DNA of 64,000 bases from Octopus vulgaris (lineage: Eukaryota): contig OX597824.1 in assembly GCA_951406725.2 (NCBI GenBank), forward strand, positions 79,980,001 through 80,044,000, given 5' to 3'. The translations under genes were made by a program, and so were the position numbers. This document shows positions 39,631 to 54,649 of the stretch, piece after piece. Position 1 is the stretch's first letter; each line of letters begins with the position of its first letter. Under the pieces are notes generated by a model. The model did not search any database, was not told the DNA's origin, and was given only the letters and a program-made list of their open reading frames with translations.

Positions 39631-40533
39631 CCAATGTGACTCAGATATTTTGCTTCTTCCTGGTCAGTTTTTACCTCATCCCTATGAGATGTCAACAACG
39701 GATATATAGCGTTCGGTTGAACAAGTAGCTGTCTCGAATTTCACCAGCAGCTGACAAAACGAATAGTGTTTGTGTCTCGTGGGGTTCCTTGTCATAAATA
39801 TTCAATATTTTCTACATACGGAATATTTGAGATCTATTCTTCTCAAATTCAAATAAATACAGAGTTGTGGCACCCACTACCTGTTGACAGGTTGTGCACT
39901 CGCTGTGATTAAATAATTAACTTAGATCAACTGACATCCGAGATTGTACTATGGTCATGTATGGTCCCATGCATACAAGCGTACATACATACATACGTAC
40001 AAATTTACACACGTACAAACACATATATACGTGCATGTTTAGAGGGTGCACATTGTGTGTATGTGTGTATGTGTATATGCCTGCGTGCGTTTATACTACT
40101 GTATTTACGCACGTGTGCCTACAAGCACTGTTAGCGATTGCATGTGTCAATATGCACATATTAGTAAGCGAGGAGACGACTGATAATGTAACGATGGAGT
40201 TTGAAGAGAAGGGAAGGAGAGGGACGAGAAAGATAGAGGGAGAAAGCAAGTAAAAGTGTGTGTGATAGATAGAAAGATAGAGAAAGAGAGAGACAGAGTG
40301 AGAGAGAGGGAGGGAGGGAGGGAGGGAGAGAGAAAGATATGGGCAGTTAGAGATTTAGTAAAATATCTGCAAGTCCCTACTGTGGCGGCAGATAATATCT
40401 CTTGGGACAGTGCTAGGACTGTGTACATAGAATTAGTCCAACTCCGTCCATGTGCTGTAAGTGAGGGATCAGAATGTGTGTATTTTATGTACATAAATGC
40501 ATATATATATGCATGTATATATATATATAAAAA

Positions 40534-40573
<40 letters not shown>

Positions 40574-41525
40574 CTGTGTGTGCGCGTGTGTGTGTGTGCG
40601 TGTGTACATACATGTATATACATATATATGTGTGTGTGTGTGTGCGTGTTTTCTGTTTATATGCATGTACGACAAATAATATGGTGTTATTTAAATGTGT
40701 GCATATATATTGTATATATATAATTTTGTGTGTGTATACATATATATGTATATATATATATATATGTTATATCTGCACACATGTATGTGTGTATACATGA
40801 AACAACAATGTGTGAGTATGTATGTGTTTATTTGACTACATGTGAGTGTAAAAGCTCTGGCTTTGTTATTTATTGATTGCACACAGAGCAAATGTTAAAC
40901 AGATCGAACTGTGTGTACAGTTCAATGTGTGTATATTAGGCGGGGCAGAAGAAGGGGGGGGGGGAGGACATATGGATATAGAATGTTGGACGTATGATGA
41001 GGGATAAGATGGTGTAGCGGGTGTTTATAAAAACGTTATAATGCAAGGGGTCGATAACAGGACACGCGATACGCGACGAGGAACGACGGATCAGGGACGT
41101 GTGTGTGAGATGCAAAATGTGGGATGTATGATGCTGGGTGTGTAATGTGGGATGGTGCAATATATTTGTGAATTGTTTGTGAAAAAGCAGGTAACGTTAT
41201 TGATGATAGGAAGGAAAGGGGATAGCTATGGGGTGGTGGTGGTGGTAGCGTTGTTGTTGTTGCTGGGGAGGTTTGTTAATATGGTGTTGATATAGGTGTT
41301 GGTATGGCTGTCTGGTTCAGAAACTCTCTTTGCTGCTAGGCGGTTTCGAGTTCAATCCCAATTCTTGGCACCTTGAACAGGTTAAAGTTAGGGTGTCTTG
41401 AGCAGGTGTCTTCTACTGCCGAGGGACCAACCAATATCCTGTGAGTGAATTTGGGGTTAAGTTGTAGCGAGTGAATTTTGGTAGATGGAAACTGTGGAAG
41501 CACATCGTATACATGCATACACACA

Positions 41526-41610
41526 TCCGTCCGTTGGTGCGTTCATCTGTCCATCCATATATCCATCCATCCATCCATCCATCCGTCCGTCCGTCCGTCC
41601 GTCCGTCCAT

Positions 41611-41646
<36 letters not shown>

Positions 41647-41742
41647 CCAACCATCCATCCATCCATCCATCCATCCATCCATCCGTCCGTCCGTCCGTCC
41701 GTCCGTCCGTCCATCCATCCATCCATTCATCCATCCGTCCAT

Positions 41743-41778
<36 letters not shown>

Positions 41779-41917
41779 CCATCCATCCATCCATCCATCC
41801 ATCCATCCATCCATCCATCCATCCGTCCGTCCATCCATCCATCCATTCATCCATCCGTCCATCCATCCATCCGTCCATCCATCCAACCATCCATCCATCC
41901 ATCCATCCATCCATCCA
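41526..41917. repeat. (ATCC/GTCC)n tetranucleotide array
   Basis: Directly visible; source of the MDGW/HPSI ORFs. Confidence 0.9.
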
Positions 41918-42075
41918 TTCTTTTCTACTCGAAGAACAAGGCCCGGAGTTTTGGAGGAGGGGCCGGTCGATTACATCGACTCCAGTACGCAACTGGTACT
42001 TAATTTATCGACCCTGGAATGACGAAAGGCAAAGTCAACCTCGGCAGAATTTGAACGCAGAACGTAAAACCCGTC
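41918..42075 (-). mobile_element. SINE family A, truncated
   Basis: aactggtacttaatttatcgaccc...aaaggcaaagtcaacctcggc. Confidence 0.75.
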
Positions 42076-42750
42076 TTTTATACCGGGACAAAAGAATGTA
42101 CATGATAACACTTCCAATCAGTTAAGATCAGAAGCCATGAGAGCCACTGTCTAGTACTGCACCAGGGCTTCTTCTTCTTCTTCTTCTTCTTCTTCTTCTT
42201 CTTCTTCTTCTTCTTCTTCTTCTTCTTCTTCTTCTTCTTCTTCTTCTTCTTCTTCTTCTTCTTCTTCTTCTTCTTCTTCTTCTTCTTCTCTACTATAATA
42301 AAACACTTGTGTTTTTTTCCGTCGTAACATATGAATGAGAAAGGGAGGGGCGACAGATGAATAAGGAAGGAAGAGGCGATGGCACACCGGCAATGGGATG
42401 ATGGAAATTCTACGGTGAAAAAAAAATCAAACAGCATTTCAACTCTGTGAGAGTATATGTGTGTCTATATGTGAACGTGTATGTGTGTGTGTGTTTGTGT
42501 GTGTGTGCAATGGAAGTGGGATGGTGAACATTCAATGCTGAAAAGGAAAATCAAACAGCGTTTCAACTCTGTATGAGTATATGTGTGTATGTGTATGCGT
42601 GTGCAAGGGAACTATGTGAACGTTTATATGTGTGAACCAGCGTACTTTCAGTAACAAACGATGATCGATGTCACATATCAAAAAACAAGCATTAGATAAC
42701 ATTAAGCAGTGTATTAATTTGAATTACCATCCATATTCTATCCTTTGTCC

Positions 42751-43040
42751 TTATTACTTCTGCTTTAGCGAAGGTGGAGGTATTTTTTTCAGTTATGTTT
42801 GCTTGTTTGTTTGTTAGTTTGTTCGTGGGCAAGATATCTCAAGAACCACTGGATAGATTCGGATGAAACTTTCAGGGATGTTTGGCCTCGTGACGGGCAT
42901 AAACTGATTAGATTTTTGTGATGAATCCGATACTGGAAAAGGATTAGGGATTGTTTTTCTTGTTTATTTTACTTAATTTTTGAGAGCAGTCGGATTCATT
43001 TTTAGTATTCTCGTTTGTAAGAGCAGTCGAGTTTATTTCA
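42751..43040 (+). mobile_element. Helentron-associated non-autonomous repeat (HINE/DINE-like)
   Basis: ttattacttctgc..aggtggaggta short sub-terminal IR, (GTTT)n microsatellite, aagatatctcaagaaccactggatagattcggatgaaactt core, tgattagattt. Confidence 0.6.
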
Positions 43041-43229
43041 GATATTCTCATTTTAAAAATTAAAACTGCATATGTTGTGAACTTAGAATATGTGTTTATT
43101 AATGAAAGTTTAATAACGATAATAATTTATTCATAAAAACGTAACTGATATGAAATATGTCATAAATAAGAGTGACAATCGTAAATATACACCGCCGGAA
43201 GTTGTTGTTGACAAACAACAGCAGTAATT

Positions 43230-43440
43230 GTATTCACCTCAATAGAAGCCATTGATTGGTTGAAATTGCCGAAATACGAGAAATTTAACAAGAAATAGCT
43301 TACAAACTGCAAAATTTTCTCAAGAACGCCAAGAGAAAAAGATGTTTTATATGACACATTCTACCAGTATACAAAGTTTAAAAGTGTTTAGTTCCCAAAA
43401 AATCTATTTTTTAAACCTGCCGGTCAAAGTGAAAAGATCC
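43230..43440 (-). mobile_element. Partial diverged copy of the 17261-17685 MITE
   Basis: Ends in gaaaagatcc; reverse complement matches 17261-17460. Confidence 0.7.
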
Positions 43441-44207
43441 GTTCTCTTGTCTATATGTAAAATACTACAATTAGCGATCATTTTTGTATAATTCTTAACT
43501 AGTTTTGTATAATGCTTAACTACCACTCGCAAGCTTGATAGCTTGAATCATGCTTTCGTTGATTGTTGTAGGTATTCATGTGTCTGCTCACGATATATAA
43601 TTGAACCAGTGAGAAGATGATGACCTACTGTTACAGTTTTAGTACTTTAATAAGAGTGCGGGAATGAAAAGTGTTGAAAAACATTGCCCTATTGTCCTAA
43701 AAATAGGCAAAATATCTCGGATAATGTAGTTCTAAGTACCCGTATAATTGACAGGATATGTATGTGTGTCGCTTACTTTGTAAATATATTCTAAATAGAA
43801 TTCTTTTGATCTTAGTCTGTTCGATCAGCGCTGACCTACGTTAAATAACAGCTACAACACAATATACCAAATAAAATAATTTTTATTGTAAAAGCCTCAC
43901 AGAGGGAAACGTAATTAGGTGCAATCTTTGCTGTACAGATATAAATAGCCAACATGATGAAAATCAGAGACAAACCTCAAACACAATACACGAACAACAC
44001 TCGTATACACAATACGTACATGTAAAAGTCAACGTTTAACAACGAAACAAAGAAATATAACAAAGGAAATGCACCGCCGAAAAGCAAAATCCTGGCAAAT
44101 ACTTGTACCTACATAGGAACCAAGCAGTAAGCATTATACGAAGTAATTTAGTCGCATCAATAAATCCAGTAACAGCCGCACCAAACCACATACCGCAATA
44201 ACTTTGA

Positions 44208-45165
44208 AGAAGCTGGTACTCCGTCGGTTACGACGACGAGTGTCCCAGTAGATGCGATCAACGGAACAGCCTACTCGTGGAATTAACGTGCAAGTGGCTG
44301 AGTATTCCACAGACACACGTATCTTTAAGGTAGTTCTCAAGGAGAGTCAGCGCGGGTGGGGGGAGCCAGGATTTTTTTGGGTGTTGCTTAAACGTTTCGA
44401 AAAGAAACTACTATACAAGGTGGGAACCGCAATTCGTAACAAATGGACACTTTTTTATGTATTCCTTTCTACTCTAGGCACAGGGCTCGAAATTTTTGGG
44501 TAGAGGGCTAGTCGATTAGATCGACCCCAGTACGCAACAGGTACTTAATTTATCGACCCCGAAAGGATGAAAGTCAAAGTCGACCTCAGCAGAATTTGAA
44601 CTCAGAACATAAAGACAGACAAAATACCGATAAGCGTTTCACCCGGCGTGCTAACGTTTCTGCCAGCTCGCCGCCTCTTTTAGAATACACAGCGGTTCGG
44701 CAAAAGGGAGTGATAGAATAAGTACTAGGCTTTTAAAGAATAAGTCCTGGAGTCGATTTGCTCGACTAAAGGCGGTGTTCCAGCATGGCCACAGTCAAAT
44801 GACTGAAACAAGTAAAAGAGCAAAGGAGTAAAGAGATATTCTAACTTTGCTGTAGCAGACCATATGCATATGAAACAGTGTTGCTGTGAAACCGTTGCCC
44901 GAAAAAGCTTGGTCCCGATTTTTTTGGTATCGACCCGGCTAGAGTGTTGCCCGGGCAACTAGGGCAACGCCCCTGCAGCGTGACACAGAAAGTGAGAAAG
45001 CTGGCAGCTTTGAAATACAGCCACTACTCATCCTTGTTAGCTGAGTAAATTCAAACAGCGTGAAAAATTATTTTTCTTAAGGACGCAATGATCTGCTGGG
45101 ATTCGAACTTAGGCCTTTGCGATCGTAAGCTGGACACCCCTAACAACTAAGCCATGCGCCCTCAC
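44208..45165. mobile_element. Nested SINE cluster: family D (-) split by family A (-, 44460-44675) and family B (+, 44690-44830) pieces
   Basis: D tail at 44208-44355 resumes at cagcgtgacacag 44977-45165. Confidence 0.65.
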
Positions 45166-46379
45166 TTTTTAAGTAACAAACATTTTGTTACAAACTCGCA
45201 ATTCAACAGCAAATTCAACTCCTTTACAAAACTAATATTTTTAATCCTTCAACCAGAAGGGAAAGGACAAGGATCTTCAAAATTTACAGGGCTTCCAGAG
45301 GCAGATGAAAGAGAAGGGGAGGGTATTTTGAAACTGGTGGATTGAGCATAAGGGTTACAGCACAGTGGACTCTTCTTAGGACACCCATTTTATCAGGTGG
45401 TGGTATAGAAACTGGGTGACAGGATGAGTCTACCAAGCTAGGTCATGGTAGGAATTGACATCAGAATGAAAGGAACATGAACAAATGCTGCAGGGCGTAT
45501 GGTCTGACGTATTTACCGTTCTCCCGGCCCACCACGCTGGACTGGATTGGTAGGTTTTTATTGACCTCGAAAGAATGAAAAGTAATGTTGACCTCCGTGG
45601 GACATGAACTCACGGCACAGCGTCTTAATGAATACTGCAAGGTATTTTATCCTATGCTTTGCTAAACACACACAAACGCACGCACACACACACGCACACG
45701 CACACGCACACACACACACACACGCACACACGCACACACACACACACACGCGCGGAAAGTAGGTACACACTATTCACCTAGACCATGACTTTCATTACTT
45801 CTGCCAAGACCAAGGTGTAGCAAATTATGGGCCTCAAATCAGGTAAGTGAATCAGTGTAACGTTCTATTTGAACCTCGAACGTTTCCCCAAAATTTTAAA
45901 AATCTGACGAACACCCCTCCACACACATATTGATCAGTTGATGGCTTTCTGGTTGTCTTTTTGCGTTACAGTTGGGTGGATTTTGTTTACATAAGCATCA
46001 TCAACGAAGGAAATGTGGAGAAACGCGAATATGAAAAAGACAAATATGAAAAACGGAAAAAAAAAAAATCAAATCTGAGCCATTAAAAGAAGTTACTAGT
46101 TCCTAACTGAAAGCAGAATATAAACCCTGCTTCTGGCATCTGATGCATCAATTAGGCCTCATACTAGGAAATGGGAAAGGCGGTTGCGAATCGTAAGTCT
46201 TCTCTCAGTGAATAATGTACCGCTCAATAGACCCTAATGGTTAATAACGTAAAGGTTAAAGCAAACTTAACTCAAAGATAGAAGAATCACAACAAAGGTC
46301 CAAAGAAATTCTAGGAAAGAAGGGGGTGATAGAAAAGTATAGCAAAGAAAACTGGTAAGAGTTTATACGAGACAGCTTA

Positions 46380-46744
46380 CTGAGTACCGTCTAGCAGGAC
46401 CGTGGATGAAAGAAGATTCCAGCCAAGTTGAACGTGATATATTGGGGTGATATATATACTGTAGATAGAACTATAACAGGTTTGAAAAGAACGGTAAATA
46501 GAAGAGAAGCTAAACATCAAATACATTTAGTAAAGAGAGAAACAGAAAAAGGGTAATTTGCCAATGTTCTGCGACGAGAAGATCAGAAGCATATGATATT
46601 CCAGATTGCAGAGCAGGAAGGGCGCCATTGATGAAAAGAGTTTGGAATTGCGGCGTATGCACTTGCTTTCCATGTTGCCGATAAAGAAAGAGGCTTGGAA
46701 ATGCGACTACGAATTGGTTAGTGGACAAAGAAACTGCATGTGTA

Positions 46745-46821
<77 letters not shown>

Positions 46822-49053
46822 GTGGAGAGAGACGGACGGCGCCATAAAAGGCTAGCTATTGAAGTTGACAGCTCTACGGTCAAAGAGAAGCTGTTTGACC
46901 ACGAGGAAAAGCCTCGGAGAAGTTGAGAATATTTGACAGGCATTTGTCAAATAAATAGAACATGCATGTGTCATCCCTAATGATCAGTGAAGATTTATCA
47001 TCGTCAACTGTTTACAAAGGCAACAGAGAATTTCTTGAAAAGAGAGAGTTCAGAGGCATCAAATTGACGGACAAAGTTATAGTAATGGGCGAGAGAATCA
47101 GAGTAAAGCTAATTAAAAAGAGAATTAGCTTACATGAAATGTAATACGGGTTTATTTCAGAACGAGCTATCGCTTATGACGTCTTAGACAACTGCAAAAG
47201 AAGTTCAAAGCTAAAAAAATATGCAATTATACTAAGCAATTGTCGGCAGAGAGAAGGCCTTTAATAGAGTTCGATGTTTTGTAGTTTGATAATGGCAAAG
47301 GAAACTAGATATAAATGAATGGTTTGTGCGAACTGTGCAAGCAAAATGCAGGCTGTGCTGTCTAAGGTGAGAGTTAGCAACATGTGAATGTAGTGTGAAT
47401 GCAGCTGTCCATCAGAACTCTGTCCTCAATAGATCTTGTCTATGATGCTTCTCTAGGTCATAACAGGGAAGTTGTAGACTAGATACCTGCGGGCTGTCTT
47501 GTACACTTACGACCTTGTTCCTACAGCCAAATGAGCCAAGTAATTAAAACTAACTCTTAAATATGCAAGGTAGCTTAGAATCAAGATTTTTCAATGTAAA
47601 CTTAAACACTGTTTTAGAAAATACCTGGCTACTGTTATCTCGGATTTAGTTAAGCCTGGTATGCAAAAAAAGGTAGGGATTTAATAGTGTGTACCCAATA
47701 TAAGGCGAAGACCTAGTTATTGGGGTGTTGCAATAAAGATCTCAAGATTGTGGTTTCAATTCCCAAACCGAGCGTAGTGGTGAGTTCTTCAGCAAAGCAT
47801 TTCATTTCACGTTGGTCTGGTCCACTCAGATGTAAATGACTAATTCGTTCAATGGGAATTTTGTGGTCATGATCCACTTAAATGCTATAGAAACCGGTTA
47901 ACCGGTCCTATGAGTCTTAGGACACAAAATAATGATACCCATGGGTCGATGAGGATGGGTGCACAACAGATGCAATTGGTAACCTGGTAACCTATGTAAA
48001 AGTAAAAGGTAAAGTTACTTTCTCCAGTTATACCGATTCATAAGGGCCATTTTCCCGGTTTCCGTGTCATATACGTAGTCTGATCAATGAGTATCCGGAC
48101 TGTTGCCATAGTAACGAAGCTGAAGCTCGCAGAGTAAAGCCGCTTTGCACAGATTGATCTTTACCTCTAGTGTGCATGTGCACTGAGCTTTAACGTTCTA
48201 GCTCACTTCTGCTGTTTACAGAAGTGCTTTGAAGAAAGGTGTGTAGCGTGTGATCGTCGCATTGACCATGACAGAGAAATTTGAGCAGAGAATCTGAACC
48301 AAATTTTGCCAAAAGCTTGGCGATACCTGCAGAATATATACAATTGGTTCACAGCAGACTAATGGAGGACTTCGTATATTGCAGGTGCACAAAAACAGCT
48401 TGGAATAAGAACACTCGTGAAGCTTTGAAAAATCCCTAGAAGTTGTTGACAGATTCTGTTATCTAGGTGAACTAATCTGCTGAGGAGGTGGATGTTCTGA
48501 GACCTGAGTAGACAGAGTAAGCACGATTTGGAAAACGTTATTAGCTGTACTGGCAATAAAAGGGTTCTCTCTGTGCAAGAATGCTAGATTTTATAACATG
48601 ATATCAGTGGAGGAAGTGCAATGTTGCATAGGAGGGAACAGCGAGCATTGAACGTGGTAAATGTGCGCGGAATGAAGAGCTGAGAAACAAATGTGTCTGA
48701 TAGATGTATAATGTTCATTCGCATGCTTATATGAATTAACAACGAGGAATTAACAACAAATGAGCAGAGAGAAGAAAATAATGCATATGGGGAATCGACA
48801 ATCTTGTGCAATACAGAAGACAGTGTTTGTATAGAAATGTGGCGAGTATAGAAGACATCGTTTGAACGGAAAAGTGTTTAGTGGAAGTAATTTGTGAGAG
48901 CAGAAGATCGAGAAAAACTTGGGTAAAATTGCTTAGGTTTGATATTAGCATATTGAAACTTACTATAGAGAGGTTAAGGGAAGCAAATAGCCAGGTACAG
49001 TATGAAAGGGGACCCGGTCAACCTATCTATACATGGAAAACAGAAGAAAAATG
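46380..49053 (+). mobile_element. Highly decayed RTE-clade LINE (RT region to 3' end) with nested insertions
   Basis: YKGNREFLEKREFRGIKLTDKV..MGERI...LIKKRISLHEM*YGF, LRQLQKK, EKAFNRV (RTE RT N-terminal motifs); RSRKTWVKLL near 48905; many stops. Confidence 0.7.
48072..48335 (+). mobile_element. Mariner 5' fragment (TIR, leader and start of transposase)
   Basis: ta-cgtagtctgatcaatgagtatccggact TIR-like start; MTEKFEQRI*TKFCQKLGDT resembles the mariner N-terminus EQR..IKFC.KLG. Confidence 0.7.
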
Positions 49054-49104
49054 ACACACACACACACACACATACATATATATATACATATAATATACAT
49101 ACAT

Positions 49105-49137
<33 letters not shown>

Positions 49138-49211
49138 AAATATGAATTAGAGATAAAACCACTATTATGCAACTCAAACAGTGATAGACATAAACCAATA
49201 CATAAATAACA

Positions 49212-49256
<45 letters not shown>

Positions 49257-49260
<4 letters not shown>

Positions 49261-49712
49261 CCAATGTTAGATTACCCCAACCTGTTGATAACTGTAATTG
49301 TAGAAACAGAAATAAATGTGTGTTTGGTAATCAATGCCTCAAGAAAGAGGTAGTTTATCAATGCACTGTGGATACACAATTTAGTAGTAGGGTATACATC
49401 GGAGCAACTATGAATAGCATGAAACAGAGACCTAATTATCATAGATATACTTTTAGGAATAAAAATAGGATGTACTCTACGGGGTTAAGTGCGTATATTT
49501 GGGAACTCAAAAGTAATAACTTAGATTTTAAATTAAATTGGAAAATACTAACTTCTGCACCTGTATATAATGCAAAAAATAACAAATGCTCTCTATGTAT
49601 TAATGAAATTTTTTTCATTATCAAAGCTGGTAGGCCTATTATTAATAATATTAATGAAAAAATTTTTTTTTGCATTCATAAACTACCGTACACTTTCTCT
49701 AGATTTAAATAG
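49257..49712 (+). pseudogene. PLE Cys-linker plus GIY-YIG endonuclease (5'-truncated ORF)
   Basis: CNCRNRNKCVFGNQC...VVYQC...VYIGAT...R..YH..TF...TGLSAYIWELK...WKIL...CSLCINE...C.HK. Confidence 0.88.
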
Positions 49713-50807
49713 AACTTAGCTTTTCTACTAGTAATATTTTAACTTTCCTCTGTATCTAATTATACTAGTAGCCTTTTACAATTTTGAAACATCCAACTTA
49801 TAATTTTATAATTTTATAATTTTGTAGCTACACATGTATATAAATATATATGTTCTGTATTAATTGTTTTTTGTTTTTGGTTTTTTGTCCTGGTTTATAA
49901 GGGAAATACACTGTGGCATGAAAGAATATATACATTTTGGTATATACACAGTAATATGATATTCTTGGGGATTTCCAAAATTGCAGAGTGTGTATGAGTA
50001 TCATAGTTAGATACCTGGTTTTGGATACTGTAATACTAATATGTAATAAATGAGAGTCTAAATTGAATTTTGTTTGTTTTGGATGAGTATATGGGTTTTT
50101 GCAGGTATTTATTTGGCAGTCTTATATATTGTATATTTAGTGTATCTTTGTACTCATCTAAATGAGTATCTTATGTTATTTATTAATAAATCTATTCATT
50201 TACTTACATTTGGCTTTATACATATTAGCAGTCTTATATATTTAGTCTATATTTGTACTCATCTTGATTTGTACTTTATGTTATTTATCTATTTATTTAT
50301 TCATTTATCTATAGGTAAATATTTACATAATAGTAGCCTGTATACTAAGTTTATATATGTACTTTTTTCAATGTATATTTTCATTTTATTTTATGTTATT
50401 TATCTGTCTATCTATTCATTTATGCATATGTGGATATATACATATTAGCAGTACTATATATTAGGTGTACCTTTGTATTTATCTTAATTTGTTTTCTATG
50501 GTATTTATCTATTTATTTATTCATTTATTTATTTATATGTAGATATATACATACATATCCATTATTTATTATAATAATATATATATATGTATACTAGCTT
50601 TTACTTATATTTTAATTTTAATTTTAATTATCTCATCTTATTTTATTTTATTACATTTTAATCTTAAGTAATTACAATTATTAACTTATAATTAATTTAA
50701 TTTTTGTTATTTACTTATATACTATTTATTGGTAAGTCCTCCACTGATATTATTTAATGCCAAATCCTGTTAATTATTATATATGTATTTATGTGTCCAC
50801 TGATGCT

Positions 50808-50810
<3 letters not shown>
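49257..50810 (+). mobile_element. Penelope-like element (Neptune-type) 3' portion between (TA)n tracts
   Basis: GIY-YIG ORF starts directly after (TA)n; long AT-rich UTR to (TA)n at 50811. Confidence 0.8.
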
Positions 50811-50860
<50 letters not shown>

Positions 50861-50863
<3 letters not shown>

Positions 50864-51840
50864 TACTACGAATGTTTACACGCACATCACATGTGAAAAT
50901 ATATGGTGTGTATGTGTATGTCTGTTGTTACACATGAGTATACATATGGGCATGTAGATGTGAGTGTAATTCTATTAGTTCGTTGGTAAGGGTTTTAATA
51001 GAAAAATATTAGTATTATAATAACATTGGATTTATTACGTAGGGATGCTATCTGTTTATGCTATAAGGAGTTATTTTGATTATATATCCTAGAATATTAG
51101 CGTATTTTGTCTTCTTACAATTAATCTCTTATAATTTAATTATTATAAACCGATGTTAACTTAGTATATATATATTTTTATGTCTTTTGATAGTCAAACG
51201 GAAATGGGTATTCCATACTTTATAATTTAGCGAATGTTTGAATATAGCATATAGCGGTTAAGTTAGCGGACTTTTAGTTATAAAATACTATGTTTACGAA
51301 AAATACGGTGTCATATGAATTATGTACCTTATGAAAAATTACATTCTCTATCTGGATATAATTATATGTATCTTTGCATTTACTGTTTTATGGAAATATG
51401 TGAGTGGATCTACTTAGTTAATACCACGGCCTTGGTGTCGTTTTTTTTTTGTGGGGGGGGGGGGCTTGATGTCTGCATGCATGTAGGTGCAATCGGTTGG
51501 GTTCCTCTGTTTTCCATGTGTATAGTTGCGATTATACCTCTTATATTATTTATTTATTTATGTTTTGGCTGTGTATGTGGCTATGTATGTGTGTATGTGT
51601 GTGGGTGTATGTGTGTGTGCATACATATAACTATGTATGTATGTGAGCACGATCTGTGGATGTGCGTGTGCGTATGTGCGTTTCTTGGCTAACTAACCGT
51701 AAAATTTCCATTGTGATTCAAATTTAAAACTATAAGCCAATCGAATCTATCTAGGAAAAACCAATATCAAGCGGACAGATGAATTCGACTTATTGAGTAT
51801 ATATGTGGATGTCCGCTTGCTTTACATGGTACAATCATGG

Positions 51841-51911
<71 letters not shown>

Positions 51912-52480
51912 ATTAATTTTATTGACTTTTTGTGTGGTTATACATTTTAATGAACTGGACTGTTAAATATATATGTCTGCTTTAAATTTAAATGTGAGTG
52001 TACATGTATTTCCTTGATGTTGGTTATAGAACTATGAGTTCAATATGGAAAATAATTGTGTTTGTTAATGTATACTGATATATTTTGTTTATATTGTATT
52101 AATGTATATATATATATGTGTAGAATTATGAGTGTCTATGCACACATTTTTATATTTTTTATTTTTATATTTATATATAAATTTTTTCATACTTACATTA
52201 AATTCTCTGAAGAGGCCGTGAGACATTCTTGTTAATGTCTCATTTATACCTGCTTTATATGGCTAATAGGTTAAATGGGACATACCTGTCTTCACGGCCG
52301 AAACAGCTGTCAGCTACGATGTAATTGTATTTTCTATTTCTATTTCCATGTCTAGTTATATTTGCAATATATTATGTATAATGTCATTGCTGTTGTGTAA
52401 TGGTTTAATAAAGTATTGATTGGGTATTATCTGATGGTTGATGATTGATTTAGGTATGTTTCTCCATTTTCTCATTTTGT
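50861..52480 (+). mobile_element. Long PLE-type 3' UTR ending after a hammerhead, between (TA)n tracts
   Basis: T-rich non-coding segment; hammerhead at 52205-52313; AATAAA near 52407; (TA)n at both ends. Confidence 0.55.
52205..52313 (+). ncRNA. Type I hammerhead ribozyme, canonical core, enlarged loop II
   Basis: ct CTGAAGA ggccgtga ...~70 nt... tcacggcc GAAA cagctg TC ag; stem I only 2 bp in this copy. Confidence 0.8.
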
Positions 52481-52503
52481 ATATGTATATATATATATAT
52501 ATA

Positions 52504-52770
52504 GTGGAGGCGCAATGGCCCAGTGGTTAGGGCAGCGGACTCGCGGTCGTAGGATCGCGGTTTCGATTCGCAGACCGGGCATTGTGAGTGTTTATTGAGC
52601 GAAAACACCTAAAGGCTCCACGAGGCTCCGGCAGGGGGTGGTGATCCATGCTGTTCTCTTTCACCACTCTTTCTTCTGTTGGCCTGCTCGCTTAGCCAGC
52701 GGGGTGGCGTCATTCGAAGGCTAAAACAATGCGAACGCATTGTGACCAGTGATGTATAACTACATCTGAT
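52504..52770 (+). mobile_element. SINE with family D tRNA head and a different 3' tail
   Basis: gtggaggcgcaatggcccagtggttagggc head matches 6898-7267 up to ctctttcaccac, then diverges. Confidence 0.8.
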
Positions 52771-53084
52771 GGACATATATATATAAATTTTAAAAAATGT
52801 TTTATTATATAACTTATAACTAGATCTCAAAAAGTATAAAATGAATGATAAATATATAATATAATAAGTAAAAAACTACGTACGTTTCATGGGTACAATT
52901 AAATTCGAATTACAATTAAGTTTAAATTCAATTGAAATAAATTCGAATTAAAATTATAGTCAATCTTCAGGTTAATGATAATAGTTAAATAAATAAGCAA
53001 ATAGAGTTAAACAATATTTATTTAAGAAATAAATAAAATAACTTTTTTTATAGAAAAAACTCCATTAATAACTTAGAAACTTAA

Positions 53085-53130
<46 letters not shown>

Positions 53131-53164
53131 TGTGCGTGTGTGCGTGTACATATATGTTTATATA

Positions 53165-53620
<456 letters not shown>

Positions 53621-53626
53621 TATTAT

Positions 53627-54005
53627 TCCTTCGTAACACAGTGTAGGTAAAAATGTACTGGAGTCTTTAGTCATCTGTCAAGTCACAACAAGGACCTCAG
53701 ACAAATAATACTTTCCTTAAGATGTGCGCTGTGCTGCTCAATAAGGCTGCTTTTTGCAAGACATCAGTCTTGCATGGGTTTTCCAGTTGCCTTAAGAAGT
53801 CTCGAAGTTTCAATGGGATCGAGACCAACGCTCCGATCACCACTGGCATCACTTTTACATTATCCTCTCGCATTCCATACAGTCTTGCCATTTCTACTTT
53901 CAATTCGGAGTACTTGGTGATTTTTTTCAACCTCTTTACTCATAACTTTCATGTCATTTGGTATGGCTACATCAATGATCTGACAGTATTTGTCTCTATT
54001 ATTCA
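53627..54005 (-). mobile_element. R4/Dong RLE 3' end in (TTA)n
   Basis: KITKYSELKVEMARLY...VMPVVIGAL...LQKAALL..AHILRKVL. Confidence 0.85.
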
Positions 54006-54570
<565 letters not shown>

Positions 54571-54579
54571 TTATTATTA

Positions 54580-54649
<70 letters not shown>

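Noticed and set aside
39690-39936. TGTCA...TGACA-bounded segment with TATA and AATAAA (possible solo LTR)
   Set aside because: No matching target-site duplication and no second copy in the window
40350-40462. Unique segment ending in a GTAAGT donor-like site
   Set aside because: No convincing acceptor and no recognisable peptide
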